This document shows, one piece after another, positions 9,595 through 19,833 of a stretch of 64,000 bases of DNA (positions are counted from its first letter, which is position 1; every line of letters starts with the position of its first letter). This stretch comes from an uncultured Christensenella sp. (GTDB lineage Bacteria > Bacillota > Clostridia > Christensenellales > UBA3700). The notes under the pieces are model-generated. The model ran no database searches. It saw nothing but the letters and a program-made list of their open reading frames with translations, and was not told where the DNA came from. The stretch spans positions 55 through 64,054 of the forward strand of contig CASEHD010000004.1 in assembly GCA_949287655.1 (NCBI GenBank). The letters are read 5' to 3'. The translations under genes and the position numbers were made by a program.

Positions 9595-10869
9595 ATGAGT
9601 ACAGTTGCGGTTTTGGGTCTGGGAAACAGAGGCAAGAATTACGGCGGACATCTGAATAAGCTGGACGGCGTGAAGATTGTCAGCATCTGCGATAAATATC
9701 AGGCTAAGATAGACAAAGTAAAAAATGCGTGGAACGTGCCGGACGACAAGTGTTTTACCGACGAGGACAAGTTCTTCGCGCAGGGTAAGATAGCGGACGT
9801 CATGGTCATCGCAACGCAGGACCGCGACCATTACGGTCACGCGATAAAGGCGCTCAACCTGGGGTATAACCTGCTTCTCGAAAAGCCGGTCAGCCCGGAT
9901 ATCGAAGAGTGCCTCGAAATTGAAAAACTCGCCAGAGAAAAAGGGCTCAAAGTGCTGGTCTGCCACGTGCTCAGATATGCGAATTACTACCGCAGGATAA
10001 AGAGCATAATCGACAGCGGAGTCCTGGGCGACATAAAACTGATAAAACACGACGAACACATCTCCTGGTGGCATTTCTGCCACAGCTACGTCAGGGGAAA
10101 CTGGCGCAGAGAAGAGGAGACGACCCCGATGCTGCTTGCGAAATGCTGCCACGATATGGATCTTCTTTATTGGTTCGCGGGCGCAAAATGCAAGAGCCTT
10201 TCGTCGTACGGCGACCTCAGTTATTTTACGAAGGCGAACGCTCCCAAAGGCGCGACCGCAAGCTGTTTCGACTGCCCGCACAGGGATAAGTGCATTTTCG
10301 AATGTACCTACCAGTACGTCGGCAGAGGACTCAAAGGGCACAAATTCCCGTGGGGAACGTACGCGTTCTGCACGACAGGCAAAAAGGCGGACATACTCAA
10401 CGCGCTCAAAAACGAGGAGAGGGGTAAACTCTGGTCCAGGTGCGTGTTCGGATGCGACAACGACGTCGTCGACTGCCAGACCGTAAATATGGAAATGGAG
10501 AACGGCGTAAAGATCGTTATGACCGCCAACGCGTTCAACGAAAAGGACCACAGGCATACGGAAATAAGGGGCACAAAAGGCGAACTTATCGCGGACGACA
10601 GCGGCAGCGTGATAACCTTAAAGCTGTTCGACCGAAAGCCGAAGAAGATAGTCGTCAACATTATCCCCGTCATCAAAGGGCACTACGGCGGCGACCAGGG
10701 CATAACCAAGTCGACTGCTGACATGCTGGCAGGAAGGCTCGACCCGAAGTGGCAGTACACCTGGATAAAAGACACGATAGAAAGTCACCGCATCGTCACC
10801 GCGGCTGAGCTGTCGAGAAAGAACGGCGGCAGAAAGGTCGATATGACGGAGATTCCCGATATAGAATAA
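9595..10869 (+). CDS. Gfo/Idh/MocA-family NAD(P)-dependent oxidoreductase
   Basis: GLGNRG, LEKP, HVLRY, HSYVRGNW, AKCCHDMD, HYGGD. Confidence 0.9.
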   Translation: MSTVAVLGLGNRGKNYGGHLNKLDGVKIVSICDKYQAKIDKVKNAWNVPDDKCFTDEDKFFAQGKIADVMVIATQDRDHYGHAIKALNLGYNLLLEKPVSPDIEECLEIEKLAREKGLKVLVCHVLRYANYYRRIKSIIDSGVLGDIKLIKHDEHISWWHFCHSYVRGNWRREEETTPMLLAKCCHDMDLLYWFAGAKCKSLSSYGDLSYFTKANAPKGATASCFDCPHRDKCIFECTYQYVGRGLKGHKFPWGTYAFCTTGKKADILNALKNEERGKLWSRCVFGCDNDVVDCQTVNMEMENGVKIVMTANAFNEKDHRHTEIRGTKGELIADDSGSVITLKLFDRKPKKIVVNIIPVIKGHYGGDQGITKSTADMLAGRLDPKWQYTWIKDTIESHRIVTAAELSRKNGGRKVDMTEIPDIE

Positions 10870-10870
10870 A

Positions 10871-11323
10871 ATGAGGACGGTTCTCGAAGGACAATACGTA
10901 CTCACCCGCAAAGATCAGAGCACGCATTACAAAATACCTTTTGTCGTGCCCGAAGACGCGGAAAAGATGTATATCGCTGTCTCATACGGGCCGAAATACA
11001 ACTACGACGAGGAGTACGGCGTTGCGCTCATACGGGAAAACATGATGAAGCAGGCGGGAGAGCCGCTGATGTCGGAAGGCGAGATGAGGGCGAAACTTCC
11101 TCTTGACAACCATCTTTCCTTTTCGCTGGACAGTCCGGACGGTCCGGTCGGTACGGCGCACAGGAGCAGTAACAATCAGAATTTTACGATATGCGCGGAG
11201 AGCGCCGACGGCGGCTTTTATCCGTGCGCGATAAAGAAAGGGAACTGGGTTTTTACCGTCAGCGTGACCTGCATAATCACGGACCAAATTACGGTTTCGC
11301 TGAAAGCAGAGGTCGGAGAATGA
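10871..11323 (+). CDS. Hypothetical beta-rich protein coupled to the downstream PHP hydrolase
   Basis: ORF abuts the upstream gene and overlaps the next by ATGA. Codon usage matches neighbours. No motif recognised. Confidence 0.7.
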   Translation: MRTVLEGQYVLTRKDQSTHYKIPFVVPEDAEKMYIAVSYGPKYNYDEEYGVALIRENMMKQAGEPLMSEGEMRAKLPLDNHLSFSLDSPDGPVGTAHRSSNNQNFTICAESADGGFYPCAIKKGNWVFTVSVTCIITDQITVSLKAEVGE

Positions 11324-12282
11324 GATATTTCAGATGCGAACTGCATACGCATACGACCTTGTCGGACGGCAGAATGACTCCGGAAGAGCTCGTTGACAGA
11401 GCGCTCGAATGCGGATACGACGCGATCGCGCTGACAGATCACAACACGGTCGCAGGCGTGAAAAGAGCGGTCAAGGCGGGCAAAGAACGCGGGCTGACAG
11501 TGATCCCCGGTATAGAATGGACAACGTTCTGGGGTCATTTCACCGTGATCGGCGGCAAGAGCGACGTGTTGTGGCGGGATATAACGCCGGATAACGTAGA
11601 CGGGATGATAAAAAGGGCGCAGAGCACGGGCGATATCGTCGCGATTGCGCACCCTAGGCGAATGGGATATCCTCTTTGCAGCGGCTGTCACTGCGATTAC
11701 GATATCGGAAAGCTGACCGGCGCGGACAATTATGAGGTCTGGTCGCACTATTATCCCAACGAGGGAGTCGCGGCGAGACAGCAGAAAGAGCAATGGTACT
11801 CTCTTCTCGACAAAGGACACAGGATAGCGGCGGTTTACGGGTATGACTGGCACAGCCGCGACGATGTTCCGCCGTCTTACGCGTACACGTACGTGGGTGC
11901 GGAAAGCGCGTCTGAACGGGATATCTTGACCGGGCTGAAAAGAGGAGCGACGTATATCACGGTTGGTGTTGAAGTCGACTGCAAGGCGGTCGTCGGCGGG
12001 AAGGAGTACGCGATAGGAAGCGTTCTTCCGGAAGGCGAAACGCAGATAAAGCTTTCGTTCCGAAAGATAGAGGATTACCGCTCGGATAAGCCGTCTCGCC
12101 TGACAAAGGCGGAAATAAGAACGGAAAAGGGAGTTACCGCATTGCCGGCGGAGTTCGGGAAGCAAACAACGGCGGAAATAAGTTTTTCGCGATATTGTAC
12201 GGTATCGGTATACGGAGATAGAAAACGCGAGGAGCAACTGCTCGCGATAACAAGCGCGTTTTACAGGGGAGGACGAAAATGA
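11320..12282 (+). CDS. PHP-domain metallo-phosphoesterase (CehA/McbA-like)
   Basis: ELHTHTTLSDG, ALTDHN, GIEWTTFWGH, AHP, DWH metal-binding motifs. Confidence 0.85.
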   Translation: MRYFRCELHTHTTLSDGRMTPEELVDRALECGYDAIALTDHNTVAGVKRAVKAGKERGLTVIPGIEWTTFWGHFTVIGGKSDVLWRDITPDNVDGMIKRAQSTGDIVAIAHPRRMGYPLCSGCHCDYDIGKLTGADNYEVWSHYYPNEGVAARQQKEQWYSLLDKGHRIAAVYGYDWHSRDDVPPSYAYTYVGAESASERDILTGLKRGATYITVGVEVDCKAVVGGKEYAIGSVLPEGETQIKLSFRKIEDYRSDKPSRLTKAEIRTEKGVTALPAEFGKQTTAEISFSRYCTVSVYGDRKREEQLLAITSAFYRGGRK

Positions 12283-12935
12283 TCACGGCACACGGCGGCG
12301 CACTCGGAACGGGGCGTAACTCAAAGATCTACTTTGAGAACATAAGCACGTTCAAAGCGGACGCGATCGAAGTCGACGTACACAGAAGGGGAGGATTGTT
12401 ATACCTCAGCCATCTGCCCGCTCCGTTTTCGTACAAGAAGAAGATAACCCTGGCGCAGGCTTTCGCATTCGCGAGAAAGAACAACGTAAAGATCAACTGC
12501 GATCTGAAAGGAAAGGGGCTGGTGCCCGACGTGATAAAGCTCGCGAAAGAGATGGAAGTCACCGACCTTCTGATATTCACCGGTTCGGTAAGGCTCACCG
12601 ACAGCGAGGTCCTGACCGAAGGCGCAGCGTGGGTCAACAGGATAAAGGGACTGCCGTACAAGGCTAAGAACGTCGGGAAGATAAAAAAGGCGCTCGACGA
12701 CACGAAAAATCCGCATTTCGCAGGTCTCAATATAAACAAGAGGTATGCGACGGACGCGTTTCTCGCCGCCTGCAAGACATACGGTGTAAAGCTGTCGATA
12801 TTCACGGTGGACAGCTATAAAGAACTTAAAATGCTGGTTCCGATGAAACCTGCAAACATAACGACGAATTACCCTGTTGTCGCGTCCACGATACTTTTCG
12901 AAACGCGGCAGGCGGAAAAGGAGAGCAAATGTTAA
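12279..12935 (+). CDS. Glycerophosphodiester phosphodiesterase (GDPD)-like protein
   Basis: TAHGG, IEVDV, LSH, NCDLK, FTVD and ITTNYP motifs of the GDPD barrel. The usual AHRG is AHGG here. Confidence 0.75.
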   Translation: MITAHGGALGTGRNSKIYFENISTFKADAIEVDVHRRGGLLYLSHLPAPFSYKKKITLAQAFAFARKNNVKINCDLKGKGLVPDVIKLAKEMEVTDLLIFTGSVRLTDSEVLTEGAAWVNRIKGLPYKAKNVGKIKKALDDTKNPHFAGLNINKRYATDAFLAACKTYGVKLSIFTVDSYKELKMLVPMKPANITTNYPVVASTILFETRQAEKESKC

Positions 12936-14071
12936 GGTTAGCCGTAGTCGGCATAGGCAGAATGGGCGGAAAGCACGCGCGGAATTTCTGCAAAGGTGCC
13001 GTAAAGAACGCTAAACTCGTCGCGGTCTGCGATACCGACTTAAAGGCGCTGGACGCTTTCGGAGCGAAGCATCCGGGCGTCGCGGCATATGCGGATTACG
13101 ATAAAATGCTCGACGAAGCGAGACCCGACGCGGTAGTCGTCGCGACCCCGCATTATTCTCATTCCGCACTTGCGAAAAAAGCGCTTGAAAAGGGGATAAG
13201 CGTGCTGGTGGAAAAGCCGATAACGGTTACCGTAAAGGACGCCGATTCGCTTATCAAAGTCGCGAAGGCGCACCCCGAAGCGATATTCGCGATAATGTTC
13301 AACCAGCGCAGCAACAGCATTTACGCGCGGGCGAAAAAGATAATCGAGAGCGGGAAGCTGGGCGATCTGCAAAGGGCGTCTTTCACCGTGACAGACTGGT
13401 ACAGAACGCAGTACTACTACAATATGGGCGGCTGGCGCGCCAGCTGGTCGGGAGAGGGCGGCGGTACGCTGATAAACCAGTGCGTACATCAGCTGGATAT
13501 CCTGCAATGGCTGATCGGAATGCCCGAAAGGATAATCGCGAGATGCAAGACGGAAGGCAGGAATATAACTACCGAAAACGATGTGACCGCGCTTTTCATG
13601 TATAAGAATTTCGACTGCGTGTTCACCGCTTCGACGCATGAACTGCCGGGCGAAAACAGACTGGTCATCGTCGGCTCGAAGGGTACGATCACGATAACAA
13701 GACACAAAGCGGTGATAAAGTACCTTAAAACGGACGAAAAAGAGGTCAACGCGAGGGCGACGAGAGATTACGGCAACCGCGCCGATAAAAAATACTCGAA
13801 AAAGAGGATGTACTACGGTCTGAAAAACTATATCACGGACGCTCTGTACGGACAGCAATGCAACATATTGCGCGACTTCGCGGCGGCGGTCGAACACAAA
13901 GACCCGTCTTTGCTCAGGGCGCGCGGCGAAGAGGGCGTAAACTCGCTCAACATAATAAACGCGATAAACATGTCCGCGTGGAAGGGTAAAGAGGTCGCCG
14001 TTCCGGTCGATCCCGAAGAGTACGAAACAATGCTTGCCGAAAAGATAGAAGGCGAGAAAAAAATAAAGTAA
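12929..14071 (+). CDS. Gfo/Idh/MocA-family oxidoreductase
   Basis: GIGRMG, ATPHYSH, EKP, FNQR, GWRASWSGEGGGTLINQCVHQLD. Confidence 0.92.
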   Translation: MLRLAVVGIGRMGGKHARNFCKGAVKNAKLVAVCDTDLKALDAFGAKHPGVAAYADYDKMLDEARPDAVVVATPHYSHSALAKKALEKGISVLVEKPITVTVKDADSLIKVAKAHPEAIFAIMFNQRSNSIYARAKKIIESGKLGDLQRASFTVTDWYRTQYYYNMGGWRASWSGEGGGTLINQCVHQLDILQWLIGMPERIIARCKTEGRNITTENDVTALFMYKNFDCVFTASTHELPGENRLVIVGSKGTITITRHKAVIKYLKTDEKEVNARATRDYGNRADKKYSKKRMYYGLKNYITDALYGQQCNILRDFAAAVEHKDPSLLRARGEEGVNSLNIINAINMSAWKGKEVAVPVDPEEYETMLAEKIEGEKKIK

Positions 14072-14096
14072 TGCCGGTGAGGAGGATATAAAAATT

Positions 14097-15044
14097 ATGG
14101 CAAACATTATGATTTCGGGCTTCTACGACGAAGTCAGTTCAAATCTCGACGAACAGATAAAGCTTATCAAAGAGTACGGCGAAAGCTACCTGTGCCCCAG
14201 AGTGGTGGACGGTAAGAATATCGCCAATTATACAGAGCAGGAGTTCAGAAGCACGATAAAGCCGCGTCTGGACAACGCCGGCATCAAATTTTCCTCTATC
14301 GGTTCCCCGATAGGTAAGGTGGGGCTTTACGACGACGAGGCGTACGAAGCGCAGCTCGGGAAGCTCAAAGAACTGGTCAAGATATGCAAGGACATGGACT
14401 GCAAGTACATCAGAATGTTCTCTTTCAGAGTAAAGGCAAGCGGCAATTACGACGAGTATTTCCCTGAGGTCGTAAAGAAGCTGCGCGGCTTCCTCAAAAT
14501 CGTCGAGGGCACAGACGTCATTCTTCTGCACGAAAACGAAAAGAGGATTTACGGCGACACGCCGGAAAGGTGCCTGCAGCTGTACAATGAGATAAACCAC
14601 CCGCAGTTCAAGCTCGCTTTCGACGCGTCCAATTTCATACAGTGCGGCGTAAACGTACCCAAGGCATACGATATGCTCAAGGATTACGTCGTATATTACC
14701 ATATAAAAGACTGCTCGCCGGAGAAGGTGGAAGTTCCCGTCGGTCTCGGGCTCGGCAATTACAAAGAGATGATAAAGGACCTCGTCGTCAACCGCAATTA
14801 CGAAGGTTTCATGACTCTCGAGCCGCACACAGGCAAGTATGCTGACCACAAAAAGCTGTTCTATATTTTCGGCTGGTTCACCTGGATGCTGCCTTACGTC
14901 GGCAAGTGGAACAAGGTGTTCAAGCGCATAAACGCGGCAAAGGGCATATCCCCGCTGCAGACGGTCACCAGAAAAGACATATTCACCTGGCAATATCAGG
15001 GGCTCAAGGAAATAATCGACGAAGTCGAAAAGGAGAATAAATAA
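14097..15044 (+). CDS. Sugar-phosphate isomerase/epimerase-like TIM-barrel protein (xylose isomerase-like/AP endonuclease 2 fold)
   Basis: SGFYDE, GSPIGK, HENEK, FDASNF, HIKD and LEPH metal-ligand motifs. Confidence 0.85.
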   Translation: MANIMISGFYDEVSSNLDEQIKLIKEYGESYLCPRVVDGKNIANYTEQEFRSTIKPRLDNAGIKFSSIGSPIGKVGLYDDEAYEAQLGKLKELVKICKDMDCKYIRMFSFRVKASGNYDEYFPEVVKKLRGFLKIVEGTDVILLHENEKRIYGDTPERCLQLYNEINHPQFKLAFDASNFIQCGVNVPKAYDMLKDYVVYYHIKDCSPEKVEVPVGLGLGNYKEMIKDLVVNRNYEGFMTLEPHTGKYADHKKLFYIFGWFTWMLPYVGKWNKVFKRINAAKGISPLQTVTRKDIFTWQYQGLKEIIDEVEKENK

Positions 15045-16207
15045 TGGACAAAGTCAGATACGGCATAATCGGCATAGGAAAACAGGGCAGCAACTACGCG
15101 AAAAGGCTGTTTAAGGGAATGGACAAGAACGGTCGGCTGGTCGCGGTCTGCGATATCTCCGAAGACCGCAGGAAATGGGCTGAAACGGCTCTTCCCGGCG
15201 TAAAGGTCTTCGGCGATTACAAGGAATTGCTTGAGAGCAAGCTCGTCGACGCGGTCATTATCGACACTCCTCACTATGCGCATCCGACGATAGCCGTCGA
15301 TGCTCTGAAAGCAGGTCTCAACGTGCTTTGCGACAAGCCCGCGGGCGTGTTCACCAAGGCTGTCAGAGAGGCGGCGGAGTTCGGCAAGACAAAGCCGGAA
15401 CTTAAATTCGGTCTGCTGTACAACCAGCGTACGAACAAAGTTTATAAGAAGGCGAAAGAGATAATCGAAAGCGGAAGGCTGGGCAATCTCAAGCGTATCG
15501 TCTGGATAATCACCAACTGGTACCGTCCCCAGGCGTACTACGACCAGGGCGGATGGAGAGGCACCTGGGCGGGCGAAGGAGGCGGCGTTCTCATCAATCA
15601 GGACCCGCATCAGCTCGACCTGTTCACCTGGCTCGCGGGAACACCGATAAAGAAGGTATGGAGCAACGCAAAGACGGTCGGCAGAAAGATCAACGTGGAA
15701 AACGACGTCACCGCGGTCTGCGAATTCGAGAACGGCGCGACAGGCGTATTCATCACGTCGACCCACGACGCGCCCGGCACCAACAGACTTGAGATCACCG
15801 GCGACGGCGGCAAGATAGTCATAGAGGGAAACAACGACGTCAGCATGAAACTGAAATTCACCGAAAACAGCGTGCCCGAACCCGAATTTTCAAAGACGAA
15901 CAAAGTGTTTATGGGCAAGATACCCAACAAGGTGTCAAAGTATAAGCTGGGTCTCGTCGATATAATAAAGGGCATAATCGAGCAGCAGCACATTGTCGTC
16001 ATCCGCAACTTCTCAGAAGTCGTACTGGGGAAGACGGACAAGCTGGTCGCTTCTTACGCGGACGGACTGAACGGTCTGGGCTTCTCCAACGCGATACATC
16101 TTTCCGCGTGGACGGGCAAAGAGATCGTATATCCTTACGACGAGGATCTGTATATCAAAGAACTCGACAAGAGGATAGAAGAAGAAAAGAATTCCGGCGT
16201 TAAGTAA
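15044..16207 (+). CDS. Gfo/Idh/MocA-family oxidoreductase, paralog of 12929-14071
   Basis: GIGKQG, DTPHYAH, DKP, YNQR, GWRGTWAGEGGGVLINQDPHQLD. Confidence 0.92.
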   Translation: MDKVRYGIIGIGKQGSNYAKRLFKGMDKNGRLVAVCDISEDRRKWAETALPGVKVFGDYKELLESKLVDAVIIDTPHYAHPTIAVDALKAGLNVLCDKPAGVFTKAVREAAEFGKTKPELKFGLLYNQRTNKVYKKAKEIIESGRLGNLKRIVWIITNWYRPQAYYDQGGWRGTWAGEGGGVLINQDPHQLDLFTWLAGTPIKKVWSNAKTVGRKINVENDVTAVCEFENGATGVFITSTHDAPGTNRLEITGDGGKIVIEGNNDVSMKLKFTENSVPEPEFSKTNKVFMGKIPNKVSKYKLGLVDIIKGIIEQQHIVVIRNFSEVVLGKTDKLVASYADGLNGLGFSNAIHLSAWTGKEIVYPYDEDLYIKELDKRIEEEKNSGVK

Positions 16208-16228
16208 GCCGAAAGAGAAGGATAAATT

Positions 16229-18163
16229 ATGGAATACAAACTCAAGAGCGGGAAGATAATCACGACCGGTAAAATGCATGAAAGGGCGTTTTACGACGTC
16301 AGCAACAACCGCATTACCGCACAGTTCGACGGCAGAGGAGGGATATCCAAGTATGCCGTGATGAATAAATTTTCCGTGTTCACCAACTATTACTCTCTGT
16401 ATACGGTGGACGGCGTGCCTTTCGACTATATGGAAGACAAGGTCGTCACGATGGAGGGCAAGAGGCAGATAACGAAGATAGAGCACGAAAAGTGCAAGCT
16501 GACGATAACGCAGTTCCTCGACAACGAGAGCAACGCGATATATGTTGAAACCGCGGTCGAAGCGAAATGCGACATGACGTTCGACAACACCGTCAACTTC
16601 GGCATAAATTACGAAAGCTACGTTCAGCAGCTTCTCGCCAACAGGCTGAGTCCCAAGACGATAGCCACCGTGCTCACCGGCTTTATTAAGAGCAAGAAGA
16701 ACGGTCTGACCTTCTTCGGAGAAAGCGCTAAGCTGCACGGCGACGTCCTCGGCGATTTTTATCTGGATTTCGCAATAAGCGAAGGCGCTCGTGCGGGCGA
16801 AGCCGAAAGAGGTTTCCACAACCAGTTCAGCTACGGCGCAAAGCTGCGCGAGGGCGAGTTGAGAAAGTTCAGATACGTCGTCAGCGCGGGCACAAGAAAC
16901 GACTTCACGTTCTGCGACGTTATGCAGGCGCTCAAAAATTTCGACGCGGCGATGAAAGAAGCTCAGCAGTATATAGACGACCTGGGTTGCCCGGCATGCG
17001 TGAAGGGCGACGACTTTATGGAGACTTACTACAAGTCGCTTCTCAACTGCAGCATATCCAATTATAAAGAGCTGGGCAAGTTCAAAGGCTTCCTCGCGGG
17101 CATAGTATATCAGTTTCCGGCGAGAACGTATTACCGCGACGCTTACTGGACCGTGCTTTCCGTGCTGCCGGTAAGACCCAATCTGGTCAGGAACGAGATA
17201 GTCACGCTCGCAAACGGCATAAACAAGAAAGGCGAGTGCCCCAGCGCGGTCAAGTTCAACTTCAAGAATTACTGGGGCAACCACTACGATTCGCCGTCCT
17301 TCTTCGTCGCGATGATATACGATTACGTCGTACACACGGGCGACCTGGGCGTACTCAAAGAGGAATGTACGTGCGGCACGATAATCGAAGCGGCTAAACT
17401 CGTCCTCGACAGGCTGGGAGAGGAGACGGACTCGACCGGGCTTCTGGTCAAGGGCGGGGAATACAACCGCCGCGACTGGTGCGACAACGTGTTCAGAAGC
17501 ACTTACGTCACTTACGACGAGGCGCTTTACGCCCGCGCGCTGTTCGCGATGAGCGAGCTTTCGGACGCCTGCGGTATGGACGGCAACGCTTATTATGCTA
17601 AATACGTCAAGGTAAAGAAGGCGATAAACGACATTTTGTGGGACGAAGAAAAGGGATATTACGTCAACTACAAGAGCAAGGAGTTCACGGAAGACAACCT
17701 GTCCATCGACACCGTGGTCGCGGTGCTGTTCGGCATATCGGACGAGGAGAGGTCGAAGCGCATCCTTAAGAATATGGAAAGAATGCTCGAATCCAAAAAC
17801 AACAAAGAGCAGAGAGCAGGCGACTTCGGCACTCTCAGCGTATATCCGTTCTACAAGAACACGAAGGACATCGTTCAGAAATCCTCGCTGCCTTACTACT
17901 ACCACAACGGCGGAGACTGGCCGTACCTTTCGTGCGTATACGCGTATGCGAAACTCATGTACGGCATGGAGTACAGGTATCCGCTCACGAGATGGTTTGA
18001 ATACAATCTCGACCAGGGCAACTATACTCCCGTAGAGTTTTTCAGTCCGATACATCCGCAGGGCTCGCTGTTGCAGGCGTGGTCGAGCACGGGCGCGTTC
18101 GTACTCTCTTACAGCGACGGCAATTTCTTCCGCAAACAACTCGGCGACAAGCGCGTAAAGTAA
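16229..18163 (+). CDS. (alpha/alpha)6-barrel glycoside hydrolase (amylo-alpha-1,6-glucosidase/MGH1-like clan)
   Basis: YYRDAYW, DWCD, YHNGGDWP, EFF and QAWS motifs typical of inverting six-hairpin glycosidases. The family cannot be resolved by eye. Confidence 0.75.
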   Translation: MEYKLKSGKIITTGKMHERAFYDVSNNRITAQFDGRGGISKYAVMNKFSVFTNYYSLYTVDGVPFDYMEDKVVTMEGKRQITKIEHEKCKLTITQFLDNESNAIYVETAVEAKCDMTFDNTVNFGINYESYVQQLLANRLSPKTIATVLTGFIKSKKNGLTFFGESAKLHGDVLGDFYLDFAISEGARAGEAERGFHNQFSYGAKLREGELRKFRYVVSAGTRNDFTFCDVMQALKNFDAAMKEAQQYIDDLGCPACVKGDDFMETYYKSLLNCSISNYKELGKFKGFLAGIVYQFPARTYYRDAYWTVLSVLPVRPNLVRNEIVTLANGINKKGECPSAVKFNFKNYWGNHYDSPSFFVAMIYDYVVHTGDLGVLKEECTCGTIIEAAKLVLDRLGEETDSTGLLVKGGEYNRRDWCDNVFRSTYVTYDEALYARALFAMSELSDACGMDGNAYYAKYVKVKKAINDILWDEEKGYYVNYKSKEFTEDNLSIDTVVAVLFGISDEERSKRILKNMERMLESKNNKEQRAGDFGTLSVYPFYKNTKDIVQKSSLPYYYHNGGDWPYLSCVYAYAKLMYGMEYRYPLTRWFEYNLDQGNYTPVEFFSPIHPQGSLLQAWSSTGAFVLSYSDGNFFRKQLGDKRVK

Positions 18164-18242
18164 GATAAAGGAAGACAAAAGACAAAAAAACGCCGCAAGG
18201 CGCAATGAATAAACAAAAAAATAAACAATGGGAGGTTATGAG

Positions 18243-19829
18243 GTGGAAGACACGACAAACACCATCGATCAGGCGGGCGCTACCCCCGGTAGTCCTGTCG
18301 AAGAGGAAGTTCTGAGCGCCGAAGATCAAAAGCTCATCAATCAGAAATTCCTTAAGCCCAGAGATTACGTGCTTTTCTCGCTGGCAAGATTCGCAAGCAG
18401 CGCGGTCACGGGTCTCGTACAGGGTTATTTGTTGTTCTATTACACTGCGTGTATGGGAATTTCACCTACGGCGGTAGGTACGATGTTCCTTATCACAAAG
18501 ATTTTCGACGGTCTCAACGACCCCGTTATGGGTATTATCGTTGACAGAACGCGCACCAGATGGGGTAAAATGCGCCCGTATCTGGTTTTCGGCGCCGTAC
18601 CATGGGCGATAGTTACGATATTGTTGTTTTTGCCGATATCCAATTGGAGCAGCGTAGGCAAGATAGTGTGGATGTACATAACGTATATCATGTACGATAT
18701 CACCGGTACCATAGTCGGCGTTCCTCTTGACGGTATGCCGGCGGTCGCTTCTCCGAATATGGACGAACGTTCGAAAATCATTTCTATCAGCCGTATCCTC
18801 GGTTCGATAGGCGAACAGTCCGCGCTGGTGCTTATCTCGATAGGACTTATCCTTACCAACGACGATTACGCCAACACGTATTTCATCGTTGCCATCATCA
18901 TCGGTATTCTCGGACCTCTGTTCATGGTTCTCGGCGGCATAAGAGTAAAGGAAAGATGCGAACCGACAGAAACCACGCCCAGTCTTATTGAAGGTTTTAA
19001 ATATCTGTTCAAGAACAAACCGTTCCTGCTGTTGATATTGTCCAACCTTCTTACGTTCTTCAGAAACCTGGTCAGTGCGGCTATAATGTACGTTGTCGCG
19101 TACATTTACAGCAACGGTTCGCTGCAGATAGCTTTCGCGCTCCCCGGTGCGATAGCCTCCATGATAGGTATGTTGTTCGCGCCCAGACTGAAGAGGATGA
19201 TGGACTCGAAGAAGTTGTTTATCTTCGCTACTGTATGGCATTCGGTGGCGCTTGCGATCATATTCTTCATCTACATAATAGGCGGAACCAACTGGATACT
19301 CATCGCGGCTCTGATGTTCTTTGCGATGCTCCCCGTAGGTGTCCTCAACGTCGTACCCCACCTTATGGCAACGGATACGCTCGACTACTGGGAAGACAAG
19401 TGCGGCGAACGTCTTGAAGGTATTACTTTCTCGCTGATGAGTCTGAGAAGCAAAGTTTCTTCGGGATTCAAGGATTATTTCCTGTCTTGGCTGCTCGCGT
19501 TCTTCCTGTTCTCGCAGCCGCTGTCCTTCCTGTCGGATCACAAGCCCGCACAGACAGAGTTCACAAGGATGGGATTGTTCATGATCTTTACGATAATCCC
19601 TGCGATAACCAACCTCGTTTCTATCGTTCCGATGCTGTTCTACAACCTGTCGGGTAAGAAGATGGCTCAGATCGAAGCGAGACTCGCCCACAAGAGAAAG
19701 CAGGAGTATGAAGCGAAAATGGCGGCAGAAGGCGCAGCTCTTGACGGAGAAGCGGGCGCTGAACGCTATATGAGCGACGTCGCGATCGATGAGATCTCAC
19801 AATCCGAGGCGGAGCAAAAGGAGGAATAA
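18243..19829 (+). CDS. MFS glycoside-pentoside-hexuronide (GPH) symporter
   Basis: FDGLNDPVMGIIVDRTRTRWGKMRPY, DTLDYWE..G.R.EG, about 12 hydrophobic segments. GTG start after GGAGG; ATG 18228 is an alternative. Confidence 0.9.
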   Translation: MEDTTNTIDQAGATPGSPVEEEVLSAEDQKLINQKFLKPRDYVLFSLARFASSAVTGLVQGYLLFYYTACMGISPTAVGTMFLITKIFDGLNDPVMGIIVDRTRTRWGKMRPYLVFGAVPWAIVTILLFLPISNWSSVGKIVWMYITYIMYDITGTIVGVPLDGMPAVASPNMDERSKIISISRILGSIGEQSALVLISIGLILTNDDYANTYFIVAIIIGILGPLFMVLGGIRVKERCEPTETTPSLIEGFKYLFKNKPFLLLILSNLLTFFRNLVSAAIMYVVAYIYSNGSLQIAFALPGAIASMIGMLFAPRLKRMMDSKKLFIFATVWHSVALAIIFFIYIIGGTNWILIAALMFFAMLPVGVLNVVPHLMATDTLDYWEDKCGERLEGITFSLMSLRSKVSSGFKDYFLSWLLAFFLFSQPLSFLSDHKPAQTEFTRMGLFMIFTIIPAITNLVSIVPMLFYNLSGKKMAQIEARLAHKRKQEYEAKMAAEGAALDGEAGAERYMSDVAIDEISQSEAEQKEE

Positions 19830-19833
19830 CGCT

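Noticed and set aside
16013-18205. 730-aa minus-strand ORF and similar long antisense ORFs (6213-7505, 45341-46732, 50404-52011, 55320-56690, 61798-63432)
   Set aside because: Each lies opposite a gene with clear family motifs and has no motifs of its own.
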